DNA of 64,000 nucleotides from Octopus vulgaris (taxonomy: Eukaryota), in the NCBI GenBank assembly GCA_951406725.2, contig OX597816.1, positions 3,348,001-3,412,000 on the forward strand. The letters run 5' to 3'. Below the pieces are notes generated by a model. That model was not told the origin of the DNA and did no database searches. It was given only the letters and a program-made list of their open reading frames with translations. Made by a program: the position numbers and the translations under genes. Below, piece after piece: positions 41,340-53,950 of this stretch. Every line of letters starts with the position of its first letter. Within the stretch, counting starts at the first letter, position 1.

Positions 41340-42230
41340 CTTTTTTTTTTCTTTTTTCAAATTTGCTTCCATTTCTTGCCGAGTGTCTTCCCGACTCCCA
41401 GGGCAAAGAAACTCATAGTATACATTGGTAGGCCATTAAACCAAACTCAATAGTTCGTTCATTTAAAAATTTTTTTTTTTTTAAGTTAAATTAAAATACA
41501 TGAGCAGCAACAGTTCTCACATCGACAATGCTCTTCTCAATACGTGTGATGTACCAGTTAAGACAATCTTTTGCACTTCTTGCAGGGATGGTAAGCCAGG
41601 GATCATTCTCATATAATTTTCGGTTTCCTTCTTGATCATTCCTAGTGCTCCTACGATCACTGGTATTGTAACCGCCTTGAGATGCCACATTTTCTCAATT
41701 TCAATGAGCAGGTCTTTATATTTTCTGAGCTTGTCAAACTCTTTCGCTGAGATATTATGATCACAGGGGATGCTCATGTCGATCAATAAGCAAACTTTAT
41801 TGTTTTGGTCTTTCACAACAATATCTGGTTTATTGGTCTTGATGGTTCGGTCTGTATGTACTGGAAAGTCCCACAGAATCGTTACATTTTCTCCTTCAGT
41901 TACAGCCTCGGCAGTTTTGATATTGCAATGCTGACTTATTAGCCAGTGTAGATATTGGCTAACTCTGTCATGTCTTAATTTATACTCCACTGGTGCTAAG
42001 ACTTTACATCCAGAGATTAGGTGGTCCACTGTTTCAATCATGTCGTTGCAGAATCGGCATTTTAGGTCTGCTCCATTTTTCATCACATTGGCCTGGTAGT
42101 TCCGGGTTAATAGGCTTTGATCTTGAGCAGCCAGGATGAAACCTTCGCTCTCTGCTTTTAGCCCTGAGCTCCGTAGCCACTGATGGGTTTGCTTCTGGTC
42201 AACATCAGCTTGTTTGCTGCGGGCCACATA
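41340..42230 (-). mobile_element. R4/Dong-like LINE, 5'-truncated, in (TAA)n
   Basis: ORF 41517-42227 has AAQDQ, a CCHC knuckle (CRFC..ETVDHLISGC), RHD, and the KPD..D..K..KY restriction-like endonuclease. Confidence 0.92.
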
Positions 42231-42319
<89 letters not shown>

Positions 42320-42454
42320 TTACGAGATTGAAGTTACTCTTGACGAAGTGAATTCCACCATATTTATTATACTAAACTTTTTGACTGAATAATTTTTTCC
42401 CCAATTCTTTTCTTTCTTTTTTCATTCCTTCCTTCTTGCTACCTTTTGTGAAAG

Positions 42455-42598
42455 ACTGAGTTCAAATTCCGCAGAGGTCGACTTTGCCATTCATTCTTTC
42501 AGGATCGATAAATTAAGTACCAGTTACGCACTGGGGTCGATGTAATCGACTTACCCCCTCCCCACAAATATCAGGTCTTGTGCCTATAGTAGAAAGGA

Positions 42599-42600
<2 letters not shown>
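42455..42600 (+). mobile_element. Type-B SINE, short tail, followed by (TTA)n
   Basis: Family match. Confidence 0.85.
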
Positions 42601-42661
<61 letters not shown>

Positions 42662-42684
42662 ATTGTTGTTGTTGTTGTTGTTGT

Positions 42685-42846
42685 TGCCTTTGCGCAGCTT
42701 CTAGCACTGCAGATGTATTACAGTGTCGGCTGTTCTCTATCAGTGAACTAAGGTAACACCTCTTTCTTTTGGAGCATCTTCCGGAGTATTCGAGCGGTTC
42801 CAAGCAGTGATATTTTCTGCAAGTGCTCCACACTTATTAAGGCCCC
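42685..42846 (-). mobile_element. 3' end of a second R4/Dong-like subfamily
   Basis: Reverse-complement match to 59490-59645. Confidence 0.8.
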
Positions 42847-43079
42847 TATTTGTACCATGTACTATTTATTATTATTATTATTATTAACATATAGAACGAT
42901 CCTTCATCAGTTGTCGGCTGTGTATCTACTCCACATTTCGATGCATATATATATATACATATATATGTATATATATATATGTAAGTATGCGCATATATGT
43001 ATACATAAATGCAGATGTGTGAGTGTGTGTGTGGGGTGGGGTGGGGTGGGGTGGGGGGGGGGTGTATGTGTGTGGTGGA

Positions 43080-43270
43080 TTGTTGGCAATCTTTTTCTTC
43101 CATCTCCCTTTTCTCTTGTACTTTCCTCTGTCTCCTATTTCTGAAGAAGATATTTGCTCGAAACGTAAAACAACCTTTCTTTCTTTCCCTGAGCGTCCTT
43201 TAATACTTTGCATGTACCACGTCCTTGCGCTGTTGTTTTTTCTTGTTTTTGTTCTTGTTTTTTTTTTTTG
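43080..43270 (+). mobile_element. Penelope-like terminal repeat with a minimal HHR
   Basis: ttt CUGAAGA agatatttgctc GAAACGUA aaa at 43141-43170. Confidence 0.6.
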
Positions 43271-43900
43271 GAGAGAGCCGGAATTATTTGTATATATACA
43301 TGTCAAAGTCTGCCGTCGGTGTTGACGATCCAGGTGGTGCCCACTCAAAATGAAAAGCATAAATATTAAATATTAACTATAAAATTATAAATGATTTCCA
43401 ATCCATTATAAAACTGCTTAATTAATGCGTGGAATTCCATGTATAATTAAATAAACAGATAATATTCATGCTATTAGGCATAATTTTTGTTGTCTTTGGA
43501 GCGCGTAAGGCTATTAATCGCACGCGACAGGAGTCTCTGATAGAAAGAAAATAAAAAATTGTGCTTACATTATAGAATAGGAACGAGGTGCACTCACGTT
43601 ACAACGCCTATGTGTTTGTCTCTAATGATTGAATTTATAAATACCATGACTGTACCCAAGATTGCAATAGCTAAATATGCAAATGAGTGTGCGCGTGCAT
43701 GTGGGTGTATGTAAAGGAAATTCCATCGAAAATATGCATACGTCTGGTTAGGATATTCTGCTCATGTTTGTTTGCCTGAGTGCGTAGGTAGAAGTCACCC
43801 GATTGGATCATTTTCCTAAGTGTATATGCACAGGTATTTCTATTGGCAAATGGAATAAGTATAAAAATGAACACTGTCAATTTAATTTTAAAAATTCCAT

Positions 43901-43990
43901 ATGTGACTGATGAGTGCTCTACATTTTAAAACTGATGTAATACTTACATTGTTTAATTAAATGAAGTAGCATGAAACGATTGTACTACAC
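43901..43990 (+). ncRNA. Hammerhead motif, canonical core, long stem II
   Basis: tgtga CUGAUGA gtgct..agcat GAAAC gatt GUA ctacac; followed by ggatatccttgttgcttattttga, also seen at 31128, then (TA)n. Confidence 0.6.
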
Positions 43991-44020
43991 TACCTTTGGA
44001 TATCCTTGTTGCTTATTTTG

Positions 44021-44092
<72 letters not shown>

Positions 44093-44391
44093 GTATATGT
44101 ATGTGTTCTTTTATATTTTTTATTTGCTTCAGTCATTTGACTGAGGCCATGCTGGAGCACCGACTTTAGTCAAACAAATCGACCCCAGGACATATTCTTT
44201 GTAAGTCTGGTACTTATTGTATCGGACCCCATTGCTGAATCGAAGTTATAGTGACGTAAACACACCAACATCAATTATTAAGCGATGGTGGAGGGACAAA
44301 CACAGACACACAAACATATATATATATACACATTTATACGACCGGCTTCTTTCAGTTTCCGTCTACCAAATCCACTTACAAGACTTTATAT

Positions 44392-44626
44392 ATAGGAGAG
44401 GAAAAATTATAATAAGGTAGAATGCTAAATTGAAAGTAAATTTTAATAAAAATGGGTGTATGGAAAATTAAAAAAGAAAAAATAATAAATCAAACCGGTT
44501 TTTACTGTATTATTATTTTTCTGTTTTCATTATTATTTTTTCTTTTTTAATTATCCATACACCCATTTTTATTAAAATTTACTTTCAATTTAGCATTCTA
44601 CCTTATTATAAATTTTCCTCTCCTAT
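44392..44626. mobile_element. Fold-back element truncating a type-A SINE (44105-44385)
   Basis: ~97-bp arms at 44392-44488 and ~44530-44626; loop contains aaaccggttt. Confidence 0.85.
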
Positions 44627-44694
44627 CATTTTTCCACACTAAAAAAACAAAGAAACACACACATGTATACGCAGACATTCTGTTCCGTTGTTAC

Positions 44695-44771
<77 letters not shown>

Positions 44772-45467
44772 TATACAGACACATACATATACAGACATAC
44801 ATATGCAGATAATTTTGCATACAGATATAACTGTACAAATACGTATATGCATCCATACTCAGGAAAGTGGGAAGATCGAGGAAATTAAATAAAAATTTGA
44901 ATAACAGTATATAAAGATATAAAATTAAGTAATTATGAACTTTAAAGAATACATTTCGATTAGTTTAAAAGTAATAAAAGTTGGGCATTTTGATTTCAGT
45001 TGCAGGATGTTACATGTAGCATATTAAAGTAGAATGGTTGTGATGCGGCAACCCAGTTCCTTGAGAGAGGTCTTCTTTGTAGTGCCTGCACTTCTCGAAT
45101 ACCTCCGATCTTTAATGCAAGTAATGATAATATTTGTAGCGTTACACTGAAGTGTTTATTGCAGGAAGAGGTCAGTGCGGAGACATGAGTTCGCATCGTA
45201 TTCGTGATTTTACTAATTACATCAGATCAGTTTGTGTTAATGCTTTGTAGTCTTTGAAACATTTAACATGCGCGCGCACACACCCACACCCACGCACGCG
45301 CGCACACACGCACTTCAATCATTGGTTACCTGACGAAAGATTTGATATATTTATCTATATCTCTCTATTTGTCTGTCTGTCCGTACATCCATCTATCTGT
45401 CTGTCCCTCCGTCTGTTTGTCTGTCTGTCAACCTATCTCTCTCTCTCTCTATATATATATACATGCG

Positions 45468-45499
<32 letters not shown>

Positions 45500-46228
45500 C
45501 ATACACACACATATACATATATATATATACACATACACATATATATATATACATACGTATATATATATACATATATGCATACACACACACATATATATAC
45601 ATATATACATAAGCACACACATATATATATATGAATATATATATATTTATTTATATATATATATATAAGTATGTATGTGTGTGTGTGTGTTTATAATGCG
45701 TACACGTGTGCGATTTGTCTTTTTGTTGTTATTGTTTTGATTCTCAGTATTGTGTAAATAATCAAGAAAAATAATATAAAATTAAACAAAAAAAAAAGGG
45801 AACTAGCCCCAAACTTCAATAAAAACAAACAAACTTAACGTAATCTGGTTGGAAGGCAGCTTGTAGTTTGTCGTATCAAAACTCCTTTAAAGCTGTTCAG
45901 TATTAATTTATTGGCAACGGAGAGTTTGAAAGGCCACGTCGAAACATCCCACTGAGTTGGGCGCCAGCCATATTGGCAGAGGACAAAAGCTTGACATCAA
46001 ATATGACACAGTGTTAATGATAAACGTGGCCGAATAAGTCTTCATCACTCGTAATACTTTGCTTTGTACCAATAAATCCCGACTTCTCCAGTAGCGATAA
46101 ACTTAATTGTCCTGGTTTGTTAAAGGAAACCAGGGAGGAGGTGGGGTCTCTCGGCCCATCTCCCGCACTATATGTATATTGTATGTATATATGTACATAC
46201 ATACAATATATATATATATATACATGTG

Positions 46229-46291
<63 letters not shown>

Positions 46292-46348
46292 CATATATAC
46301 ACACACATATACATACAAATATATATATATATGTATGTGTGTGTGTGT

Positions 46349-46386
<38 letters not shown>

Positions 46387-46404
46387 CATTTATATATTTG
46401 CATA

Positions 46405-47004
46405 CTCTTTTACTTATTTCAGTCATTTGACTGCGGCCATGCTGGAGCACCGCCTTTAATCGAGCAACTCGACCCCGGGACTTATTCTTTTTGTAAGCCC
46501 AGTACTTATTCTATCGGTCTCTTTTGCCGAACCGCTAGGTAACGGGGAAATAAACACACCAGCATCGGTTGTCAAACAATGCTAGGGGGACAAACACAGA
46601 CACACAAACACACACACGAATATATATACATATACGACGGGCTTCCGTCTACCAAATCCACTCACAAGGCTTTGGTCGGCCCGAGGCTATAGTAGAAGAC
46701 ACTTGCCCAAGGTGCCACGCAGTGGGACTGAACCCGGAACCATGTGGTTGGTAAACAAGCTACTTACCACACAGCCACTCCTGCGCGTATGTATATATAT
46801 TTTGTTCTTTTACTTTTTTCAGTCTTTTGGCTGTGGACATGCTGGAGCACGGCATTTAGCCGAATAAATCAACCCCAGAACTTATTCTTAGCAAGCCTAG
46901 TGCCTTTGCCGAACCGTTAAGTTACGTGGACGTAAACACACCAACATTCGTTGTCAAGCGACGGTGGGGGGAACACAGACATACAGATATATACATACAT
47001 ATAG

Positions 47005-47039
<35 letters not shown>

Positions 47040-47105
47040 CGACAGGCTTCTTTCAGTTTCCACCTACTAAATCCACTTACAAGGCTTCGGTCAGCCCGAG
47101 GCTGT
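46405..47105 (-). mobile_element. Two adjacent type-A SINEs (46405-46787 and 46805-47105)
   Basis: Family match. Confidence 0.88.
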
Positions 47106-47439
47106 ACACTTACACACTCTCTCACACACATATATACATGCACGAATACTTACTACACACACACGTATATATATATATATATTCACGTGCATATTTATAT
47201 ATGTTTGTGTCTGTAAAGATCACAAACAGCTTCAGCTCCTCAGTGCACACGTACGCATGTTGTCCGAACAGAGGTATGAAGTAAAAAGCAGGATATTATT
47301 GGAACATCGATGGGAGAGGTTCGATACTGACCTGTGTCTAGAAAGTGTCTTGAGTCGACTGAATGCAGCATGACATATATGATGCATGTATACATGTATG
47401 TATATATAAATATGTATATATATCTGTGTGTGTGTGTGC

Positions 47440-47505
<66 letters not shown>

Positions 47506-47773
47506 ATGTGTGTGTGTGTGTGTGTGAGTGTGTGTGTGTGTGTGTATTCTTTTAGTCTTTTATTTGGAGCACTGCCTTTAGTCGAATAAATCAACCGCAC
47601 CACTTATTCTTTGTAAGCCTAGTATATATTCTATCGGTCTCTTTTGCCGAACCGCACCGCTGGGTTACGAGGACGTAGACACGCCACCATCGGTTGTCAA
47701 GCGATGGTGGTAGGTGAAAGACAAACACAGGCACACAAACACACACATACATATGTATATATATATAAATATT

Positions 47774-47808
<35 letters not shown>

Positions 47809-47971
47809 GTTATCGCCATACTAATATGGCATTCTTATAAAAATAAGAAAAAAGCTGTCCGCTTATTGGCTCCATGAGGCCATCGCCTTAAGTTAGCTAT
47901 TTGATACACAAACTGTATCCATATAACCTTCGAACAAGGGAGGTCAGTCGCTCCACACTACTTGACCGGCA

Positions 47972-48013
47972 GCTACAGACGCGTTTCGGGGTATTGCCCC
48001 TTTTCAATGCAGC
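47972..48013 (-). ncRNA. Minimal hammerhead ribozyme, U3-A8 core (copy 1)
   Basis: gcugca UUGAAAA gggg caaua cccc GAA acgcgu C uguagc. Confidence 0.8.
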
Positions 48014-48333
48014 GTAGCCAGCCAGTAGGTCTCGCTTCCGACAATCTCTGTTCGATGGTTTTATTTACCTAGTTTCGGTGGAATACATCCACTTGTTTTT
48101 AATAATAGAAATATTAAAATAACTAAGTCTCTCTAAAAGAGAACAGCGGCAGCGTTCCCGGAAAATAATAGTTATCGCCATACTAATATGGCATTCTTAT
48201 AAAAATAAGAAAAAATCTGTCCGCTTATTAGCTCCATGAGGCCATCGCCTTAAGTTAGCTATTTGATACACAAACTGTATCCATATAACCTTCGAACAAG
48301 GGAGGTCAGTCGCTCCACACTACTTGACCGGCA

Positions 48334-48375
48334 GCTACAGACGCGTTTCGGGGTATTGCCCCTTTTCAATGCAGC
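48334..48375 (-). ncRNA. Minimal hammerhead ribozyme, U3-A8 core (copy 2)
   Basis: Identical to copy 1, 362 nt away. Confidence 0.8.
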
Positions 48376-48716
48376 GTAGCCAGCCAGTAGGTGTCGCTTC
48401 CGATAATCTCTGTTCGATGGTTTTATTTACCTAGTTTCGGTGGAATACATCCACTTGTTTTCAATAATAGAAATATTAAAATAACTAAGTCTCTCTGCCG
48501 GTCAAGTAGTGTGGAGCGACTGACCTCCCTTGTTCGAAGGTTATATGGATACAGTTTGTGTATCAAATAGCTAACTTAAGGCGATGGCCTCATGGAGCTA
48601 ATAAGCGGACAGATTTTTTTCTTATTTTTATAAGAATGCCATATTAGTATGGCGATAACTATTATTTTCCGGGAACGCTGTTCTCTTTTAGAGAGACTTA
48701 GTTATTTTAATATTTC

Positions 48717-48782
<66 letters not shown>

Positions 48783-48984
48783 ATATATACGACAGGCTTC
48801 TTTCAGTTTCCGTCTACCAAATCCGCTCACAAGGCTTTCGGCTCGAGGCTATAGTCGAAGACACTTGCCCAAGGTGCCACGCAGTGGGACTGAACCCGGA
48901 ACCATGTAGTTGGTAAGCAAGCTACTTACCACACAGCCACTCATATATATAAATAGACATATATATGAATATAAACGATAAACG

Positions 48985-49258
48985 GTAAACGTCGCCCTTT
49001 TCAATCCAGGCTCATGGGCCCAGATTCCCTGTTTCTGTGGCATATGTGTCCTCCCACCCCCACTAGCTGGACTGGACGCCAGTCCATCGCAGCGTTACTC
49101 AAGAAACAGGAAGAGAGAGTGAGAGAAAGTTGTGGCGAAAGAGTACAACAGGGGTCGCCCCCCCCCCCCTGACGGAGCTTCGTGGAGCTTTTAGGTGTTT
49201 TCGCTCAATAAACACACACGACGTCTGGTCTTGGAATCGAAACCGCGATCCTCCGACC
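48985..49258 (-). mobile_element. Type-C-head SINE with an alternative tail
   Basis: 49097-49258 matches type C; tail ctgcgatggactggcgtcc..gaaacaggga is different (V-domain-like, from memory). Confidence 0.7.
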
Positions 49259-49316
49259 GTTAAATACGGAGACATCGTCTTCTGCGCAAAAGTTTCATGT
49301 AAATTATTCTTCATAA

Positions 49317-49734
49317 CTATTTCTTTACTATCCACAAGGGGCTAAACACAAAGGGGACAAACAAGGAGAGAGAAACGGATTAAGTCGATTACATCGACCC
49401 CAGTGTGTAACTGGTACTTAATTTATCGACCCCGAAAGGATGAAAGGCAAAGTCGACCCCGGCGGAATTTGAACTCAGAACGTAGCGGCAGACGAAATAC
49501 CTATTTCTTTACTACCCACAAGGGGCTAAACACAGAGAGAACAAACAAGGACAGACAGACAGATTAAGTCGATTGTTTTGACCCCAGTGCGTAACTGGTT
49601 CTCATTTAATCGACCCCGAAAGGATGAAAGGCAAAGTCGACCTCGGCGGAATTTGAACTCAGAACGTAGCGACAGACGAAATACCGCTATGCATTTCATC
49701 CAGCTTGCTAACGATTCTGCCAGCTCGCCGCCTT
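49317..49734 (-). mobile_element. Type-B SINE tandem dimer
   Basis: Multimer junction gaaatacctatttc at ~49494. Confidence 0.9.
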
Positions 49735-50761
49735 AGGATTCTTCCTGCCGATACCATTATGTGTGGTTCCAGCACCATTATGCTGAAAATGCAGATTTTC
49801 ATACCTGCCTGACAAAGGAATCCGATCTAATTTCAGAATAAGAAAATACTGAGACATGCAATCGCGAAACTCCCTTTTCCCAATAACTCCCACGTTTTGC
49901 TCTCTTAATACATGGATTTCCCCTTAATACTTGGAAATTCCAGAATCTTTCACGAAGTATTCATTTGATGTACTGGGTTCACATCATCCGGATCATTAAA
50001 ATATACCATTCCTCATTTTCGTTCTCTTTGAAATGGATCCCATGGATTCCTTTTCGATCCCAATTCGCGAGGATATTCTTTGTGTAGATTGTAGAAATGT
50101 TTTAATGGAACTTTTGTTTTTCTTGCAAATGGTTGGGAATTTCATTTCATTCACGTCGGGGCTTAGCTCCACTTGGGATACCATTGTCTCCGCTTCGTAA
50201 AATATGGATTCTTTCTCAGCAGAAAAATCTTTCTTCTTACTAGGCTCCCGAACTCACATAATTTTAAACTTCGTGAATTAGTTTGTATATTTTCCCTACA
50301 TTAATTTCTGCTAGATTATTCCGTCACCCCCACCCTTTCTCTCTCTCTCTCTCTGTTCATAATAAAATGATATGGTATAATTATTAAATAATGCAATATA
50401 ATTAAAAATAATAATTTATGATAATTAAGAAGTTCTCAATTCCCTCGCACTGATGAGATCCAAATAGATTGAAATGATTATATATACGACTACTGAAGAC
50501 TTTACAGTTGAATAGGAATATCAAGGACTCCATATTTAAAACGAGAGAGAGAGAGAGCAATTCAGATTATGTGGTATATTCTATCCTATCAAACAGAAAT
50601 TGTTTCATTGTCGGAAAAACAAGGATTTCTGGTAAGACGATGCTCTCCTTTGCAATGGAATAACCAATGAGACAACAGATTGCTAGAAAAATAAAATGGG
50701 TGAGGCGCTAATATTTTTCAGCTTCACAAATTTGGAATTGGGAAGAAAGAAAAAGTAAAGT

Positions 50762-51090
50762 GGAAGGTGTTTATAATCCATTTAAGAAACACACAAAAAC
50801 CGTTAGATTCACTTCAACATTTAAATTTAATTTGCCAAAATATTTTCGTTGCTTTGAGACCGCGACCTGTTCACTGACAAAACTTTGTGCTGCATCTCCG
50901 TGTCAGTGAACAGGTCGCGGTCTCAAAGCAACGAAAATATTTTGACAAATTAAATTTAAATGTGGAAGTGAATCTAACGGTTTTTGTGTGTTTCTTAAAT
51001 GGTTTATAAAACACCTTCCACGCTGCAATTGTTTTCGTTCCAGCACACGATCTCAGATCAGGTCACTTGCTATGCAAATACATCTCCGTA
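50762..51090. mobile_element. Fold-back element with two divergent G3-C8 hammerheads and a 12-bp TSD
   Basis: Arms ~50760-50879 and 50901-51021; HHRs at ~50833-50879 (-) and 50901-50947 (+); TSD aaaaagtaaagt at 50750 and 51091. Confidence 0.88.
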
Positions 51091-52427
51091 AAAAAGTAAA
51101 GTCTTTTATATTTATATTTTTGAATATTTAAAGCCAAATTTGTTTGGTTTAGTAAAATTAATAAGTTTAAGTATGAGAGAAACAGTTAGATTTGGGTGGT
51201 AGAAACAGTGTTGCGTTGTGAGAGTTAGGTGGAGACAACGTGTAAAACAATTGTGAAAAAGATCACAATTATATAATAATAAAAAGGAAGAAAAACTAAA
51301 ATCGAAAAAGAAAGGGATAGGCTTAAAAACTGAAATTTTAGTTAAAATGAGAATGAATTTTGAGAAGGAAAGTGCTACGCTTTTAGCCGAATGAAACTTG
51401 TTTTGAATTTCAAATCAACCGAGAAAGAATAAAGATATCAGTTGAGAACGAGATTGTAGGAAAAGGTAAAGGTTCGAAGTGAGATCGTGCGCTAATTTAA
51501 GTGTAACTTGATAAAGAGATAATAAGTAAAAGTGGGGGAGGAAGAGGGTAGGGAGTTCAAGAATAAAACAGAAATTTATTTTGAGATTTTGGTGGGGAGA
51601 TAAATTATTGAAAAGTTTATTGATAGATATGAATCGTGAATGATCTTTGAATTTTTTTGCGGTTTGTTTTCTTATAAAATCTATTAAAATAAATTTGAAA
51701 CGTAGATATTAAAACACCTGAGAAGCGAGCGCTAAGAGTTTGATTAAAAGGAATTGCAATTTGATTTAGAGAGCAAGTGAGATTTATTAGGATTTGATGT
51801 GAAAAGAAATCAAACACTAGATTCGAACCCTCCACTTCGCGTCAAAAAAAAAAAAAAAAAAGGAAGTAACATCTCACATATGAGAGCGGCGGTGGTTGTA
51901 CTTCAGGGGAAATGTTGTAATCTCAGTCACTAACACACCACAGAGAAGAGGCAGCTGACCCCTAATGAGCTCAAGGACTCGAGACAGTTCTTACGATACA
52001 GTTTATACATCGCCAACGTGAAGACGTGAGGCTTTTTGGTTAGAATATTTGGCTAAATATCGTAGATGGTGAGTTCGATTCACGGTGGTGTCCTTGAGCA
52101 AGACACTTTATTCCACATTACTCAAGTTTACTCAGCAGGCAAAAATGAGTTATACCTGTAATTTAATGGGTCAGCCTTGTCCCATTTTGTGCCTCCCGTA
52201 ATCTCCCTGAGAACTAACGTGCTAACGATTCTGCCAGCTCACCGCGTCTGTGGAGTACTCGGCTGCTTACACGTTAATTTCATCAGGAGGCTGTTCCAGT
52301 TGATAGGATCATTTGGATCGCTCGTCGTTGTATCTGACGGAGGACCAGTACATCGCCGACACGTACGCAAACACATCAAAAAGAATGTAGCAAACTAAAG
52401 CTTAAAGGGTGAATATTCTCTGTCAGT

Positions 52428-52848
52428 ACCTATTTCTTTACTACCCACAAGGGGCTAAACACATAGAGGACAAGCAAGGACAGAGAAAGGGATTAAGCCG
52501 ATTATATCGAATCCAGTGCGTAACTGGTACTTATTTAATCGACGCCGAAAGGATGAAAGGCAAAGTCGACCTCAGCGGAATTTGAACTCACAACGTAACG
52601 ACAAACGAAATACCTATTTCTTTATTACCCACAAGGGGCTAAACACAGAGAGGACAAACAAGGACAGACATAGGTATTAAGTCGATTACATCGACCCCAG
52701 TGCGTAACTGGTACTTAATTTATCGACCCCGAAAGGATGAAAGGCAAAGTCGACCTCGGCGGAATTTGAACTCACAACGTAACGACAAACGAAATACGCC
52801 TACGCATTTCGCCCGGCGTGCTAACGTTTCTGCCAGCTCGCCGCCGCC
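52428..52848 (-). mobile_element. Type-B SINE tandem dimer
   Basis: Multimer junction gaaatacctatttc at ~52607. Confidence 0.9.
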
Positions 52849-53574
52849 TTATTCTCTGCCAGTTACCATCTGAAGCTAGAAGAAGGCAGAGTCTCTACAA
52901 TAAATGTCTCCAAAGCTTGTGTTTTTGTTTTGGGTTCAAACCCAGATGGGATTGATTTTTTTTTTTTTAATCCTTTCAATCAAGTATCAATCTGGTGTCT
53001 ATTTAATCGACTCCAGCCTCCCCACACACACACCGTGTGGCCTTGTGTTAATGTTAGAAATCAATATATTTCCTGTCTGGTTTTCAATTTTCTATTTCGT
53101 TAATTGCTATTACATGTGTCTTTAGAAACTAACAATAAACAGGCGCTGTCCTCGTCGCACGACAATGAACCAGTGACTCACAGCTCAAACGCTATCATTG
53201 AACTCGACTCAAATCATGTCCGAGAAAGAAAAACAGAAAATTTTAAAACGATGAAAGACTTACTGACATAATATAGGAAATACACAAAAATCACAATAAT
53301 AATAAATTTATTGATAATTTTATTGATTTCGTTTTTTTTTTCTTTTCTTTTGAGCTTCAGTTCAGTTTCCCGTTTTATTTTTCCTAAGCGAGCAACAACA
53401 GTCGTTTGGCTGACCGTTCATCAGCTTAATGCCAATTACTGAGGCTATTGATGAGGACGGAAGGCCTTATTATTTTCACTTAGGCGTGTAAAGCACCGAA
53501 CAGGATAAAGTAAATCTTTTATTTCGTTCTAAACTGCCACAATCAATGTTTCCATTCTAAAGTTGTTTCATATA

Positions 53575-53950
53575 AGGCTGTTGTTTAGCCCCAGCTACTC
53601 TTGATCGAGCAGACTTGTCATCAAAGGTGTTCCACCTGTGACCATCCCATCTTTTCAGCAAGTATCTAAATCTATATCAACCAATTCGTCTTCACATTAT
53701 TTAAGATTTGTAAGGTGCGATTTGAGGGAGATATGGCTGCTATTTCTCGTCCTGTTTGTTATTGTCGTTGTTTTTGTTTAGCTCCTGGTAAATCTGATTG
53801 AACAAACTTAGAATGAAAGGCATTCCAACCATGGCCATACCGACATTTTTTAATACTCAATGTGTCCATTCATAAAGATACCAGGGTAAGACTTGTGTGA
53901 TATTTGATTGCTATTTTTAGCAAATCAAGTAACCACATAAAGAACCGTTG
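53575..53950 (+). repeat. Two tandem copies of an old interspersed repeat
   Basis: gtgaccatccc..gagat(a/t)tggctgctatttct; relatives near 11740, 14200 and 20030-20140. Confidence 0.6.

Larger units (their letters stand above)
47803..48721 (-). mobile_element. Retrozyme/Penelope-like non-coding element: ~1.9 tandem 362-bp units plus an inverted partial unit
   Basis: tatcgcca at 47811 and 48173; inverted copy at 48495-48721; (TA)n on both sides. Confidence 0.88.
47546..48942 (-). mobile_element. Type-A SINE split at its internal (TA)n by the tandem HHR element
   Basis: 3' half at 47546-47750; tRNA head at 48780-48942. Confidence 0.85.

Noticed and set aside
47803-48721. CRISPR array or DNA-transposon TIRs
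   Set aside because: No repeat-spacer pattern; the inversion is internal and asymmetric.
49960-50240. Possible exon (ORF 49996-50184)
   Set aside because: No recognisable domain or splice signals.
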